Assembly: GCA_015233405.1 (NCBI GenBank)
Contig: JADFXT010000004.1
Coordinates: 36,470-100,469, forward strand
DNA: 64,000 nucleotides
Source: Candidatus Omnitrophota bacterium
Lineage (GTDB): Bacteria > Omnitrophota > Gorgyraeia > Zapsychrales > Zapsychraceae
Direction of reading: 5' to 3'
In this document: positions 18,967 to 28,602 of the stretch, piece by piece
How positions within the stretch are numbered: position 1 is the stretch's first letter
Layout of the letters: each line of letters opens with the position of its first letter
Notes under the pieces: generated by a model
Told to the model about the DNA's origin: nothing
What the model saw: the letters and a program-made list of their open reading frames with translations, nothing else
Database searches by the model: none
Translations under genes and position numbers: made by a program

Positions 18967-20262
18967 CTAGTTGGTCTTACTTTTCGCTTTCTCAAGTTCC
19001 TGTTGTTTAGCGGTTTGGACTTCTTTGGCAACTTCTTCGGGCGTTTTCTCGCCGATAATGATCGATTGTATTCCCTTGGCGAATTTTTCCGCAACCCAAG
19101 GGTCTTCATTATATTCCCAAATGCTCGGATGTGTGGTCTGGTCCATGACCGCGGCAAAGTCAGACAAGATTTGCGGAATGGAGGACAAGGCCTTTTTATT
19201 CGACGGAAGATTCTTCGTTTGTTGGGCCAAATATTGCTGTTGTTCATCGGCGGTCAGCCACTTTAAAAAGGCAATGGCCTTATCTTTGCGCGAGGAATCT
19301 TTATTGACGACGAAAGACGAACCTGCTCCTCCCCATATTTTCATCGGAAAAGCCGTGCTTACGGCCGGAGGCAGCATCACGCCATATGCCAAATCAGGAT
19401 TCATATCATTATACACATTAACGCACCATGAACCGTTAAACGCAAAGGCGGCTCTCTCGAGGGCAAAATCCTGCTCCGCGAATTTATTAGGTTTGGTCAC
19501 GACCCCTTCGGCTAAAGCGCCTTCTTTGGCAAGCGTCGCGAAAATATTAAAAACTTTGATCCAATCAGGATCGGTGTAAGGCACTTCTCCTTTATACGTC
19601 GCCATGACTTTTTGTTCGCCCATGATATTAAAGGCATAATTTGAGGCAAAACAATTGATCATCCATTGTTCTCCCCAACCGGAAACAAGACCTGCAAGCC
19701 CGATACGCTTTAACGCCTGAGTATCGCTTAAAAATTCTTCAAAAGTTTTAGGAGGCGTTTTAATCCCTGCCTTCTCAAGCATCTTTTTATTGTAAAGCAT
19801 CTGGATATTCGTGACATCTAACGGAACGCCATAAATACCGGGCTTGATCTTATAGATATTCCCGTCGGAAAAACGGTTCACATCCAAGGCCTTGGCGAAA
19901 AGGCTGTTCTCCCACTCGCTGTCGTTTTTCTTAAACTCGTCGGTCAAATCGGCGACGAATCCGCTTTCAATGAATGAGGCGAAAACTTCTTTTTTATCTA
20001 GGATTCCATATATATCGGGAAGGACGTGTGCTTGAGCGGAGGCGATCACTTTTTGCGTATAAGCATCAGAAGGAGCATACAATTCAATTTTGACTTTAAC
20101 ACCGGTTTGAGCTTCATATTTCTGGGCGAGGGCCTCAAAGGCTTTATGCCGGTCCGTCATCCAGTGCCAAATCGTGATGGTATTGGCATCTTGTTGTTTG
20201 GGGGCACATCCGGCAGAAACAACCATGAGCAAACACAAAAAAATTCCAAGCAATTTTCTCAT
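18967..20262 (-). CDS. Extracellular sugar-binding protein of ABC transporter (lipoprotein)
   Basis: 431 aa. Lipobox LLMVVSAGC, followed by the family-1 solute-binding protein pattern (ITIWHWM...). Confidence 0.9.
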   Translation of the reverse strand: MRKLLGIFLCLLMVVSAGCAPKQQDANTITIWHWMTDRHKAFEALAQKYEAQTGVKVKIELYAPSDAYTQKVIASAQAHVLPDIYGILDKKEVFASFIESGFVADLTDEFKKNDSEWENSLFAKALDVNRFSDGNIYKIKPGIYGVPLDVTNIQMLYNKKMLEKAGIKTPPKTFEEFLSDTQALKRIGLAGLVSGWGEQWMINCFASNYAFNIMGEQKVMATYKGEVPYTDPDWIKVFNIFATLAKEGALAEGVVTKPNKFAEQDFALERAAFAFNGSWCVNVYNDMNPDLAYGVMLPPAVSTAFPMKIWGGAGSSFVVNKDSSRKDKAIAFLKWLTADEQQQYLAQQTKNLPSNKKALSSIPQILSDFAAVMDQTTHPSIWEYNEDPWVAEKFAKGIQSIIIGEKTPEEVAKEVQTAKQQELEKAKSKTN

Positions 20263-20296
20263 AAAATCTCCTGTTGCCTGATAATTAAGAAGGTTG

Positions 20297-20325
20297 AGTA
20301 TATCACCCTACGGAAGGATTGTCAA
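20297..20325 (-). promoter_or_regulatory. Candidate sigma70 promoter for ABC-transporter/GH operon
   Basis: On the minus strand, TTGACA - 17 nt - TATACT. It lies between the phosphorylase stop (20346) and the binding-protein start (20262). Confidence 0.5.
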
Positions 20326-20345
20326 AATAGAAAATCTGTCCCAGA

Positions 20346-23036
20346 TCAGTTATTTAAAACGGCCTTTATGATCAAAAAATCACCTGATTTTTCCAATAAT
20401 GCTCGAGGAATAATAGCTTCGCGGCCATGGACTTGATTGAAAGGAATCATCTTATCGTTTAAATAAATCTCTTTGATCTTATAAGTATTAAAATCATATA
20501 AATTTTTATTAATATATTGAACAGAAATTCTTTTTCCCGCAAAGGAACAATCCACTTTTGCCAATCCTTGTGCATCAAATTCTTCTTTGACCAGTTGAGG
20601 CGCCAACACCAAATCCCCGCGATGCCCTCTGATGCCGCAGGCCTGGGTCAATCGCGTCAACACAAGCCAGCTCGCCGAGCCGGTCAGATAATGATACATG
20701 CCACGGCCTTCGCCGTCGCAATATTCCGGAATGCCGGGATAAATTTTGCTCTTGGCCGTGTCCGCGCACATTTGATAAATCGAGTGAAGCACCTCATATC
20801 CTTCCCGAACAAAACCTCTTTTATACAAGGCATACGCATACATCACCGTCATGTGGCTAAAAAAGGCGCCATTTTCCTTGGTGCCATAGGCAAACCCAAA
20901 GGCTCGTCCCAAGCTTAAATAATGGTCCAATCCAAAATCCGTATTGAGCCTCACTCCGCCGAGATCTTTATCCACAAGATATTCTTTGACGGATTGGATA
21001 ATGGCCTCGATCTCATTTTGTTCAGCCAACCCGCTCATAATCGGGAAAACCTGGCCGGTTAAAGTCATTCTCACTTTTCCGCCGATACTTCCTTCAACCG
21101 CTTTACCGTCATTATCATAATAACCGTTAAGCCAAGTGTTCTTTCCGACAGAAATTTTCTGGGATTTACGAATGTGCTCAAAGATCCAAGTTCCTTTTTT
21201 CCGCAAATCTTTCACAAGTGTTGTCAGAGCAACTTCCAATTTCTCGCCGCTGATCTGAGGCTGAACCGCTGGAAAATATTTTTCCTTCAACCATTTTGTT
21301 TTGGCCTCAACACTTTCATAATCAACCGTTTCATCGAGCAAGATCAAAATTTCTTTCATGAGATTTAACGATCGAACCGCTTTTGCCTTAGCCAGATCTT
21401 CCAAAAGGTCAGCCAACGTAAGCATGTTCCCGGCGTAAAAACTCATGAACGTAACACTTTCTCCGCGATCCGCCGCCATATCCAGCCCGTCATTCCAGTC
21501 TGCATTTTCAAGGCGCATAATATTATGTTCCCCGACGTTAAAGAACTGGACCAAATGCTGAATCAAAATATGTTCTAAAAGCGATCCCTCATAAATCCGT
21601 CCGGTTTTATCTTTCAATTTATTGCCGTAAGCCGGCGTCCAGGAAGGATCTTTTTGTTTGCCGCGGGATTGTTGCGGGTCTCTGAAATAGGTGTTATTTT
21701 CAAGCACAATGTCATAATCGCCGGTCTGGTCGATGTATAAAAGAAGCGTCGTAAATGGCCAGACGCCATGGTCCATCCAAACACGGGTGATCGCATTGCG
21801 GTCGGCGATAAATTCACCAGGATTACTGCCGATGATCGTCGCGTTAGAGCCATCCACTCGTACGCCACCGAAATTATTAATCAAATTTTCCCGCACGGTT
21901 TCCGGCTCGATCAGAATAAGCGAAAGCAAATCCTGCCAAATATCCCTCCAACCCTTGCCGCCTTTACCGTAATCGTGGTCGGGCAAAAATGAACATCCAA
22001 AGATCCGTCGGAAAACCGGTTGAAGAACGACCCAATGCATCCAGGCATCATGGTCTTTATTTTCCGTTGTAAAAGATATTGATCGCGCTTTCTGCTGCCA
22101 ATAAGCCTTGTTCTGTTCCATGGCCTCTGAAAACTTTTTAGCGGAATTAAACGTTCCCAAAATCCTTGTCGTTTCTTGTTCATTCGCGCTTAGACCAACG
22201 ACGAGAAGATATTGTCTTGCTTCTGACGACTTTAATGTTTCTTCCTTAAAACGCAGCGCCCCGACCGCTTCTTTGCCGTGTAATTCTTTATCGGACAACT
22301 TACCAACCGGATTATTTTTCAATACCGCTTCAGGCGAAGATAACGACCCCGCGTCCCCGCAAAAACATTCTATGGTCGGAAATGTCCCAACCGGATTTTC
22401 ATTCTTATCGTTCAGACCCAATACAAAATATTGTTCTTTATTTTCTTTATGTCCTTCTTCATTAAAAAACATGGTCGGTTTAACGACAACGCCATTAGTG
22501 TGCTGGACGATTCGATGCAAAAGCGCGGTCACATGCTCATGATCATGCTTATTAGCCAATGACCGTGCGAATAAAGGAATCGACGCAGTCGGAACATAAG
22601 AAATGGCTTGGCTAGAAATATTTTTAACCGTTACCGACATGAGCTCTACATTTTCACCCGTCACCGGGACAAAATTCAAGGCTTCCAATTCAAGTCCAGG
22701 AAAAGGAAACCGCCTGATTATTTTATGCCAAAGCGGACCAGCCTCGACGGATATCGTGTCCTTTTCATCGCAATCCTGCGCCAAGGAAACAACGCCTTTC
22801 CCAGGGATAAAAACAAAGAAATTCCGGACCGGGATTTTTAGATCTTCCCGAGAAGCCGGTTTTGTGACGTAATGATATTTATCTGTTTTGATATCACCGC
22901 TTAAATACGGAGTAATAGAAGATTTGATCGACTTGGCGTCTACGCCGGAAAGAGGAAAGTAAATACTGCGAATTCGGGCTAAATCATCCGCCTTAAAAGA
23001 AATGCCATCCGCAAAATATTGATAACCTTTTTTCAT
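20346..23036 (-). CDS. GH94-like glycoside (beta-oligoglucan/cellobiose-type) phosphorylase
   Basis: 896 aa with no signal peptide. It contains GWRDIWQDLL, ENADWNDGLD and HYLTGSASW. These correspond, from my memory of cellobiose phosphorylase sequences, to GFRDSNQDLL, RADWNDCLN and SWLTGTAAW. Substrate unknown. Confidence 0.75.
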   Translation of the reverse strand: MKKGYQYFADGISFKADDLARIRSIYFPLSGVDAKSIKSSITPYLSGDIKTDKYHYVTKPASREDLKIPVRNFFVFIPGKGVVSLAQDCDEKDTISVEAGPLWHKIIRRFPFPGLELEALNFVPVTGENVELMSVTVKNISSQAISYVPTASIPLFARSLANKHDHEHVTALLHRIVQHTNGVVVKPTMFFNEEGHKENKEQYFVLGLNDKNENPVGTFPTIECFCGDAGSLSSPEAVLKNNPVGKLSDKELHGKEAVGALRFKEETLKSSEARQYLLVVGLSANEQETTRILGTFNSAKKFSEAMEQNKAYWQQKARSISFTTENKDHDAWMHWVVLQPVFRRIFGCSFLPDHDYGKGGKGWRDIWQDLLSLILIEPETVRENLINNFGGVRVDGSNATIIGSNPGEFIADRNAITRVWMDHGVWPFTTLLLYIDQTGDYDIVLENNTYFRDPQQSRGKQKDPSWTPAYGNKLKDKTGRIYEGSLLEHILIQHLVQFFNVGEHNIMRLENADWNDGLDMAADRGESVTFMSFYAGNMLTLADLLEDLAKAKAVRSLNLMKEILILLDETVDYESVEAKTKWLKEKYFPAVQPQISGEKLEVALTTLVKDLRKKGTWIFEHIRKSQKISVGKNTWLNGYYDNDGKAVEGSIGGKVRMTLTGQVFPIMSGLAEQNEIEAIIQSVKEYLVDKDLGGVRLNTDFGLDHYLSLGRAFGFAYGTKENGAFFSHMTVMYAYALYKRGFVREGYEVLHSIYQMCADTAKSKIYPGIPEYCDGEGRGMYHYLTGSASWLVLTRLTQACGIRGHRGDLVLAPQLVKEEFDAQGLAKVDCSFAGKRISVQYINKNLYDFNTYKIKEIYLNDKMIPFNQVHGREAIIPRALLEKSGDFLIIKAVLNN

Positions 23037-23162
23037 GTCTTTTATACCATTTTAATAGTATGAATAGATTTCACATTCTAATATGAGAACAACTATTAGA
23101 CAAGAAATAAAAAACATTCAAAGTGCGGTAAATAATTTTTTAAATTGGCAAAAGATTTATAC

Positions 23163-23504
23163 TTAGGCAGGAGAAGCAAATTTATAAAGACGGGACATCG
23201 CAACCAAAGAAATCTTATAAAATTTTAGACCGGCATCCCAGCTTTCCGTATCATTATGTTTTACCCAAACCACTTGGCCGCGTAAATTCATAGGTGCATG
23301 ACCATCAGGAAGTTCGACTTCTAAAGAAACACTGTCATTAACATAAAGGCGCTGTCTTGAGGCAATTCTGACACCCTGGGCGGAAGCATCTTCGAGATGA
23401 ACATTTTGCCCAAAATCTTCGCGGGCATCTTTAAATTTTGCCGGGAATTTTGCGCTAAAGCGCTCAAAAAGCCTTTGGTCTAATCTGTTTGTTTCAAGAG
23501 CCAT
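23163..23504 (-). CDS. Stand-alone PilZ-domain protein
   Basis: 113 aa with RLDQR (RxxxR) and DASAQG (DxSxxG) c-di-GMP binding motifs. Confidence 0.8.
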   Translation of the reverse strand: MALETNRLDQRLFERFSAKFPAKFKDAREDFGQNVHLEDASAQGVRIASRQRLYVNDSVSLEVELPDGHAPMNLRGQVVWVKHNDTESWDAGLKFYKISLVAMSRLYKFASPA

Positions 23505-23507
23505 GGA

Positions 23508-23867
23508 TTAACCGCCTTTTTGTTTCTTAAAAAATTTCTCTAATTTCGCCTTAGATCCCGATATAATTTCTTTAAAATACATCCCCAACCGATAAACGTC
23601 TGAATCTTTCACATGCCTGACCCAGCGAACCTCTCCTAAAACGATAACCGGCTCTTCTTCAGGACCTAATTGAATCTCGACGGCAATTTCCTTCCCGATG
23701 GGAATTTTGTGTTCAGAAACAAAGCCAATACCGCCTTTGCTAAAATCTATTGTTTGGATATGATCAAATGGGCTGCCATTTTTTCCTTCAACAGGCACAA
23801 GGCAAGGTAATCGATTACTTCTTCTCTTATTAATGGAACTGTTTACTTGTTGTAGGTTCTTAATCAT
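23508..23867 (-). CDS. Stand-alone PilZ-domain protein
   Basis: 119 aa with RRSNR (RxxxR) and DFSKGG (DxSxxG). Only 3 nt separate it from the next PilZ gene. Confidence 0.85.
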   Translation of the reverse strand: MIKNLQQVNSSINKRRSNRLPCLVPVEGKNGSPFDHIQTIDFSKGGIGFVSEHKIPIGKEIAVEIQLGPEEEPVIVLGEVRWVRHVKDSDVYRLGMYFKEIISGSKAKLEKFFKKQKGG

Positions 23868-24099
23868 AGGGCTCTTCCTTCATTGCTGTTAGTAAATGTA
23901 TTCTAGTGTTTATTTAAAAATTATCAAGATATATTCTTAACCCCCCAACTATTCCAGAAATGACTTAATTCGGAGCTAAATTCTTATAAAAAGACCAGGA
24001 ATTCTTGAGAGAAAGCGCTATCTTCACTGTAAATATAATATATAAATAACAAAAAAGCAAGCCCACGAGGCAAAATAGTTTACTTTTTTTTCCAACAAA

Positions 24100-25500
24100 T
24101 CACTTTCCAATACAAAATTGAGTAAAAATCTTATCCAAAAGGTCTATATCGATGTTGCGGCCGGTAATTTCATCTAAAAAATGGACTGATTCTTTGATCT
24201 CTTCCGAAATAAATTCCAAAGAAATTCCCTGTTTAAAGATATCCTGCGCCTTTAAAAGGCTTGTTTGAGCACATTTTAAAGATTCGATATGGCGAAGATT
24301 ACTCACTAGAATCCCATGCGTATCAATGACTTGCCCATGCCATACTTTCTCAACGATCTTTTCTTCCAAATCCTGTATGCCTTCTTTCTTCAAGGCTGAA
24401 ATCTTTAAGATATCTTGACCACAAAACAAATCCGCAATATTTTTTTCATCCCATTGGGGTTTAAGATCGCTTTTATTAAGAACAACCAAGACATTCTTTT
24501 GCTTTACGCTTTCCATCAGCGCATAATCTTCTTGGGTTAACTGTTGGCTGATATCGAGGAGAAAAAGGATCAAATCGGCTTTCTCAACAGACAAGCGGCT
24601 GCGGCGAATCGCCTCTTCTTCAATAGAATCCGACGGCGTCAGAAACCCGGCTGTATCAATAATCTGAAAAGGAATCCCCTTGATTTGCGCTGTTTCTTCA
24701 ATGGTGTCGCGCGTTGTTCCGGCGATGTCAGAAACAATCGCCCGCGGTGTTTTTAGAAATGCGTTTAAAAGCGACGACTTGCCGACGTTCGTTTTCCCGC
24801 ACAGGACAACCGTGATGCCCTCTTTTAAAATCCGTCCATGTTCGCTCGAAGACAAGAGCCTCGTTATACGGCCGTTGGCCTGACGGATTTTATCAACTAA
24901 TACTCCTTGAGCTTGTTCGTTAATTTCATCCTCGGGAAAATTAACATACGCCTCGATTTCCGTATAAACATCCATCAAGATTTCCCGAATATTTTCCAGC
25001 TCCGTCGACAATTCTCCTTTAAGCTGATGCGTGCTCACCCTTAAGAACGCATCCGTCTTGGATTGGATAATATCCAAGACCGCCTCGGCCTGGGCGAGGT
25101 CCATGCGGCCATTTAAAAAGGCGCGCTTGGTAAATTCTCCGGGCTCAGCTAGTCGGGCGCCATGACGTAAAACAAGTTCCAAAATAGCCTTCAAAGATAC
25201 GATCCCGCCGTGACAACTGATCTCCACAACATCCTCAGCGGTATAGCTGTGTGGGGAACGCATCAGCGTGAGCAATACTTCATCAATAATATCGTCGGAA
25301 TTTTGTTTATCCACGATCCAGCCATAATGAACCGTGAAATTCTTAAAGCTGTCCGTTTCTTTTTTATTTTTCGAAACAAAAATTTTTTGGGCAATCGACA
25401 ATGATAACGGCCCGCTTAAACGAATGACGCCGATTCCCCCCTGGCCGACGGGAGTCGAAATAGCGGCTATCGTATCGTCTATTTTTTTAAATTCATGCAT
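24100..25500 (-). CDS. mnmE: tRNA modification GTPase MnmE (TrmE)
   Basis: 466 aa. G-domain GKTNVGKSSLLNAF, DTAG, NKSD, and the characteristic C-terminal CIGK. Confidence 0.95.
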   Translation of the reverse strand: MHEFKKIDDTIAAISTPVGQGGIGVIRLSGPLSLSIAQKIFVSKNKKETDSFKNFTVHYGWIVDKQNSDDIIDEVLLTLMRSPHSYTAEDVVEISCHGGIVSLKAILELVLRHGARLAEPGEFTKRAFLNGRMDLAQAEAVLDIIQSKTDAFLRVSTHQLKGELSTELENIREILMDVYTEIEAYVNFPEDEINEQAQGVLVDKIRQANGRITRLLSSSEHGRILKEGITVVLCGKTNVGKSSLLNAFLKTPRAIVSDIAGTTRDTIEETAQIKGIPFQIIDTAGFLTPSDSIEEEAIRRSRLSVEKADLILFLLDISQQLTQEDYALMESVKQKNVLVVLNKSDLKPQWDEKNIADLFCGQDILKISALKKEGIQDLEEKIVEKVWHGQVIDTHGILVSNLRHIESLKCAQTSLLKAQDIFKQGISLEFISEEIKESVHFLDEITGRNIDIDLLDKIFTQFCIGK

Positions 25501-26855
25501 AATGTCCTCGCTTCACTCACGACAAAAACCGATCCTGTGACAAAAATAATGCCTCTTCGGCTGGTTTCTTTAAAGGCTAACGCTAAAGCGTCTTTGATAC
25601 AAAAACTAATATAACATGTTTTCTGTGGAAAATATTCTTTAAGCTCGCTGTCCGAGAAATCATACGCCCGCGGATGTTTGGCCTTGGTGACAATGACACG
25701 GTCGGCTATTTTATGCAACACCCGGCAAATGGAAGCCTTATCTTTATCTTTTGAAAGACCTAAAATAACCGTCACTTTTCGACGAGGAAATGCGTCTTGA
25801 ATTGTTTTCACAGCGACTTCCATGGACGCCGGATTATGCGCGCAATCCAAAACAATAGTCGCTTTACCAATTTTAAAGATTTCAAACCGACCCGGCCAGA
25901 AAATATTTTTTAGCCCCTCATAAACCGCTTCTTTCGAAACGACAACTCCCAAATTTTCTAACGCCTCAACAATTCCGATAGCAACGCTGGCATTCCCGAG
26001 CTGATGCTCGCCTAATAACCGTAACGTTAAATTTTTATAATGCTTGGTTTGCGTCTTAACATGGAATGTCTGCCTTGCCGAATCTTTCCGAACCTCTTTA
26101 TAAGTAATATCCTGCCCGACGATCACGGGTTTAATCTGGAAAAGACGACAGCGGCGCTCCACGACCGCGAGCGCTTTTTTATCTTGAGAGGCAATAACAA
26201 CATTCTGTTTGCTATCCTTAATAATGGCCGATTTTTCAGCTGCGATTTGCTCGACGGTGTTTCCCAATAACTGTGTATGCTCCAAGCTTATCGGCGTAAT
26301 TGCCGCGACCAGACTTGAAACAACATTCGTGGCATCCAACCGGCCGCCTAACCCGGTTTCCAGAACGACAAAATCAACTTTTGCTTTATGGAAATAATAG
26401 AGCGCCAGCGCCGTCATCACTTCAAAATAACTTAAAACGCCCAGTTCCTGAGGTTGCCGGGCCCTTTCAATCTGTGGTTTGATATCCTTAAGGATTTTAC
26501 AAAAATCTTTTTTGCTAATAATGTCCCCAAAAATATCCGTCGTATGCGGCTTATCTTTTCCGGAATTCTTTGTAAGAATCCGTATCCGCTCACGAAAATC
26601 ATTTAAATGCGGCGAGGTATAAAGCCCGACGGTATATCCGGACTCTTGAAGAATGGAAGCAACCATGGCGCACGTCGAACCCTTCCCTTTTGTGCCGGCA
26701 ACATGAATCACCTTTAAAGATTTCTCGGGATTGTTAAGCAATAAGAGTAAATATTTAATACGATTTAAATGATACGAGGAAGAAAAAGAGGAATCCAAAG
26801 ACAACTCGTGGTTTAAAAATGTTTCTAAGTATGTCTTGGATTCCTCAAAGGTCAT
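25479..26855 (-). CDS. folC: Folylpolyglutamate synthase / dihydrofolate synthase FolC
   Basis: 458 aa. Mur-ligase P-loop HVAGTKGKGST and a FolC-type layout. Overlaps the mnmE start by 22 nt. Confidence 0.9.
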   Translation of the reverse strand: MTFEESKTYLETFLNHELSLDSSFSSSYHLNRIKYLLLLLNNPEKSLKVIHVAGTKGKGSTCAMVASILQESGYTVGLYTSPHLNDFRERIRILTKNSGKDKPHTTDIFGDIISKKDFCKILKDIKPQIERARQPQELGVLSYFEVMTALALYYFHKAKVDFVVLETGLGGRLDATNVVSSLVAAITPISLEHTQLLGNTVEQIAAEKSAIIKDSKQNVVIASQDKKALAVVERRCRLFQIKPVIVGQDITYKEVRKDSARQTFHVKTQTKHYKNLTLRLLGEHQLGNASVAIGIVEALENLGVVVSKEAVYEGLKNIFWPGRFEIFKIGKATIVLDCAHNPASMEVAVKTIQDAFPRRKVTVILGLSKDKDKASICRVLHKIADRVIVTKAKHPRAYDFSDSELKEYFPQKTCYISFCIKDALALAFKETSRRGIIFVTGSVFVVSEARTLCMNLKK

Positions 26856-26889
26856 GGAAGGATTGAATCATAACGGATTAGAAAACTCT

Positions 26890-27003
26890 AAATTCAAAAC
26901 TCGAAACAAATCCGAAATTCAAAGGGCCAAACAACATTGGGCTGTTTAGGATTTCGGGGTTTGCATTTATTGTTTCGCATTTCGATATTTAGATTTCGAA
27001 TTT
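26890..27003. repeat. Imperfect ~115-nt palindromic intergenic element built from TTCGAAAT/CGAAACAA units (copy 1)
   Basis: Left arm aaattcaaaactcgaaacaaatccgaaattcaaaggg pairs imperfectly with right arm ...atttcggggtttg...ttgtttcgcatttcgatatttagatttcgaattt. It shares ttgtttcgNatttcgaNatt (18/20) with copy 2. Confidence 0.65.
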
Positions 27004-27018
27004 ATGCAATCCGGATTC

Positions 27019-28575
27019 TTAGTGTTTAAAATGCCGAATGCCGGTAAAAACCATCGCGATCTTGGCTTTGTCAGCGCCTTTGATCACTTCCGCGTCGGCA
27101 ATTGAACCGCCGGGCTGAATCACCGCTACGATCCCGGCTTTACGGATAGCGTCGATATTATCCATCTTCGGGAAGAAAGCCTCGGATGCCAAAACAGCAC
27201 CGCGGGCATTTTTTCCGGCTTTTTGAATAGCGCTATGGACACTTTCAATACGACTCGTTTGTCCGCAACCGATCCCGACGATCTTTTTAGCTTTGACCAA
27301 GACAACCGCATTGGATTTAACATTCTTCGCGACATTCCATCCGAACAAAAGAGAATCCATCTGGGATTTGGTCGGCCTTTTTTGCGTCACGATCTTTAAA
27401 TCGCCGGTGCCGACATCTGCTTTATCCTTTTCCTGCAAAAGTAATCCGCCGTAAACTTTCTTTAGGTCATATTCTTCTTTGTCCAAATCTTTAAAATCAA
27501 ACTCAAGAAGCCGCAAATTTTTCTTTTCGCTAAGAAGGTCCAGCGCCGCTTTTTCAAAAGCAGGAGCAATGACGCATTCCATAAATCCGCTTCTGATAAT
27601 GGCCTTGGCGGTTTTTATATCGACCGGCCGGTTAAGACCAATAATTCCGCCAAACGCTGAAATAGGATCACAATTGAGCGCTTCATTGTACGCCTTGGTG
27701 AGGTCTTTATTTTCCGCAACGCCCGTCGGATTATTATGCTTGATGATAACCGCCGCAGGATTCTCGAAATCTTTAACAAAATCGACGGCCGCGTTTAAAT
27801 CTAAAATATTATTGAATGACAATTCCTTCCCGTGAAGCTTGCGCATGGACGGCAGACCAAAGGACGTATTGGCGTCTTGATAAAAGGCGCCTTTTTGATG
27901 AGGATTTTCTCCGTAACGAAGGTCTTGGATTTTGGAAAACCGTAATTGAAGTTGCTTAGGAAATGTCCCGAACTCGCTGCTGGATAATCGTCGGCTTAAA
28001 AATTCCCAAATGATCTGATCATAGCGGGATGTGTGCCCAAATGCCTCGACGGATAAACTAAATAAAACAGAGTCCGACAAAAGGCCGCTATTGACGTGAA
28101 GCTCTTTGAGGATGTCCTCATAACGGTCAGGATTGCAGATTACGGCGACACTCTTAAAATTTTTAGCGGCAGAACGCAGCATCGACGGCCCGCCAATATC
28201 AATATTTTCAATCGCTTCTTCTAAAGATACATTTTTCTTTTTCGTTACACTTTCAAACGGATACAAATTCACGACCACCATATCAATCAAGCCGATATTG
28301 TGTTCCTTCAGTTGCTCCATATGTTTAGGGTTATCGCGCAGCGCCAAAAGCCCGCCGTGAATTTTAGGATGCAGCGTTTTCACGCGTCCGTCGAGCATTT
28401 CCGGGAATCCTGTGTAACTGGAAACCTCGGTAACCGAAATGCCGGACTCCTGAAGTTGGCGCGCAGTCCCGCCTGTCGAAAGAATTTCAACCCCTAAGGC
28501 CTGAAGCCCTTTAACAAACGGCAAAAGCCCTTTTTTATCGGAAACACTTATCAAAGCGCGCTTGACTTTAATCAT
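27019..28575 (-). CDS. purH: Bifunctional AICAR formyltransferase / IMP cyclohydrolase PurH
   Basis: 518 aa. N-terminal MGS-like domain (ALISVSDKKGL...GVEILSTGGTA), GRVKTLHP, and a C-terminal AICARFT domain ending IRHFKH. Confidence 0.95.
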   Translation of the reverse strand: MIKVKRALISVSDKKGLLPFVKGLQALGVEILSTGGTARQLQESGISVTEVSSYTGFPEMLDGRVKTLHPKIHGGLLALRDNPKHMEQLKEHNIGLIDMVVVNLYPFESVTKKKNVSLEEAIENIDIGGPSMLRSAAKNFKSVAVICNPDRYEDILKELHVNSGLLSDSVLFSLSVEAFGHTSRYDQIIWEFLSRRLSSSEFGTFPKQLQLRFSKIQDLRYGENPHQKGAFYQDANTSFGLPSMRKLHGKELSFNNILDLNAAVDFVKDFENPAAVIIKHNNPTGVAENKDLTKAYNEALNCDPISAFGGIIGLNRPVDIKTAKAIIRSGFMECVIAPAFEKAALDLLSEKKNLRLLEFDFKDLDKEEYDLKKVYGGLLLQEKDKADVGTGDLKIVTQKRPTKSQMDSLLFGWNVAKNVKSNAVVLVKAKKIVGIGCGQTSRIESVHSAIQKAGKNARGAVLASEAFFPKMDNIDAIRKAGIVAVIQPGGSIADAEVIKGADKAKIAMVFTGIRHFKH

Positions 28576-28602
28576 GACTTTTCCTCCGGATGAAATAAGA
28601 AC

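Noticed and set aside
18971-19579. 202-aa plus-strand ORF and other long antisense ORFs: 7372-7746, 20517-20918, 22108-22542, 27479-27835, 31768-32169, 33170-33652, 36843-37355, 49389-49886, 62434-62940.
   Set aside because: All are fully embedded antisense to strongly supported genes. They show Ser/Pro/Arg/Ala-biased compositions typical of shadow frames and lack ribosome-binding sites.
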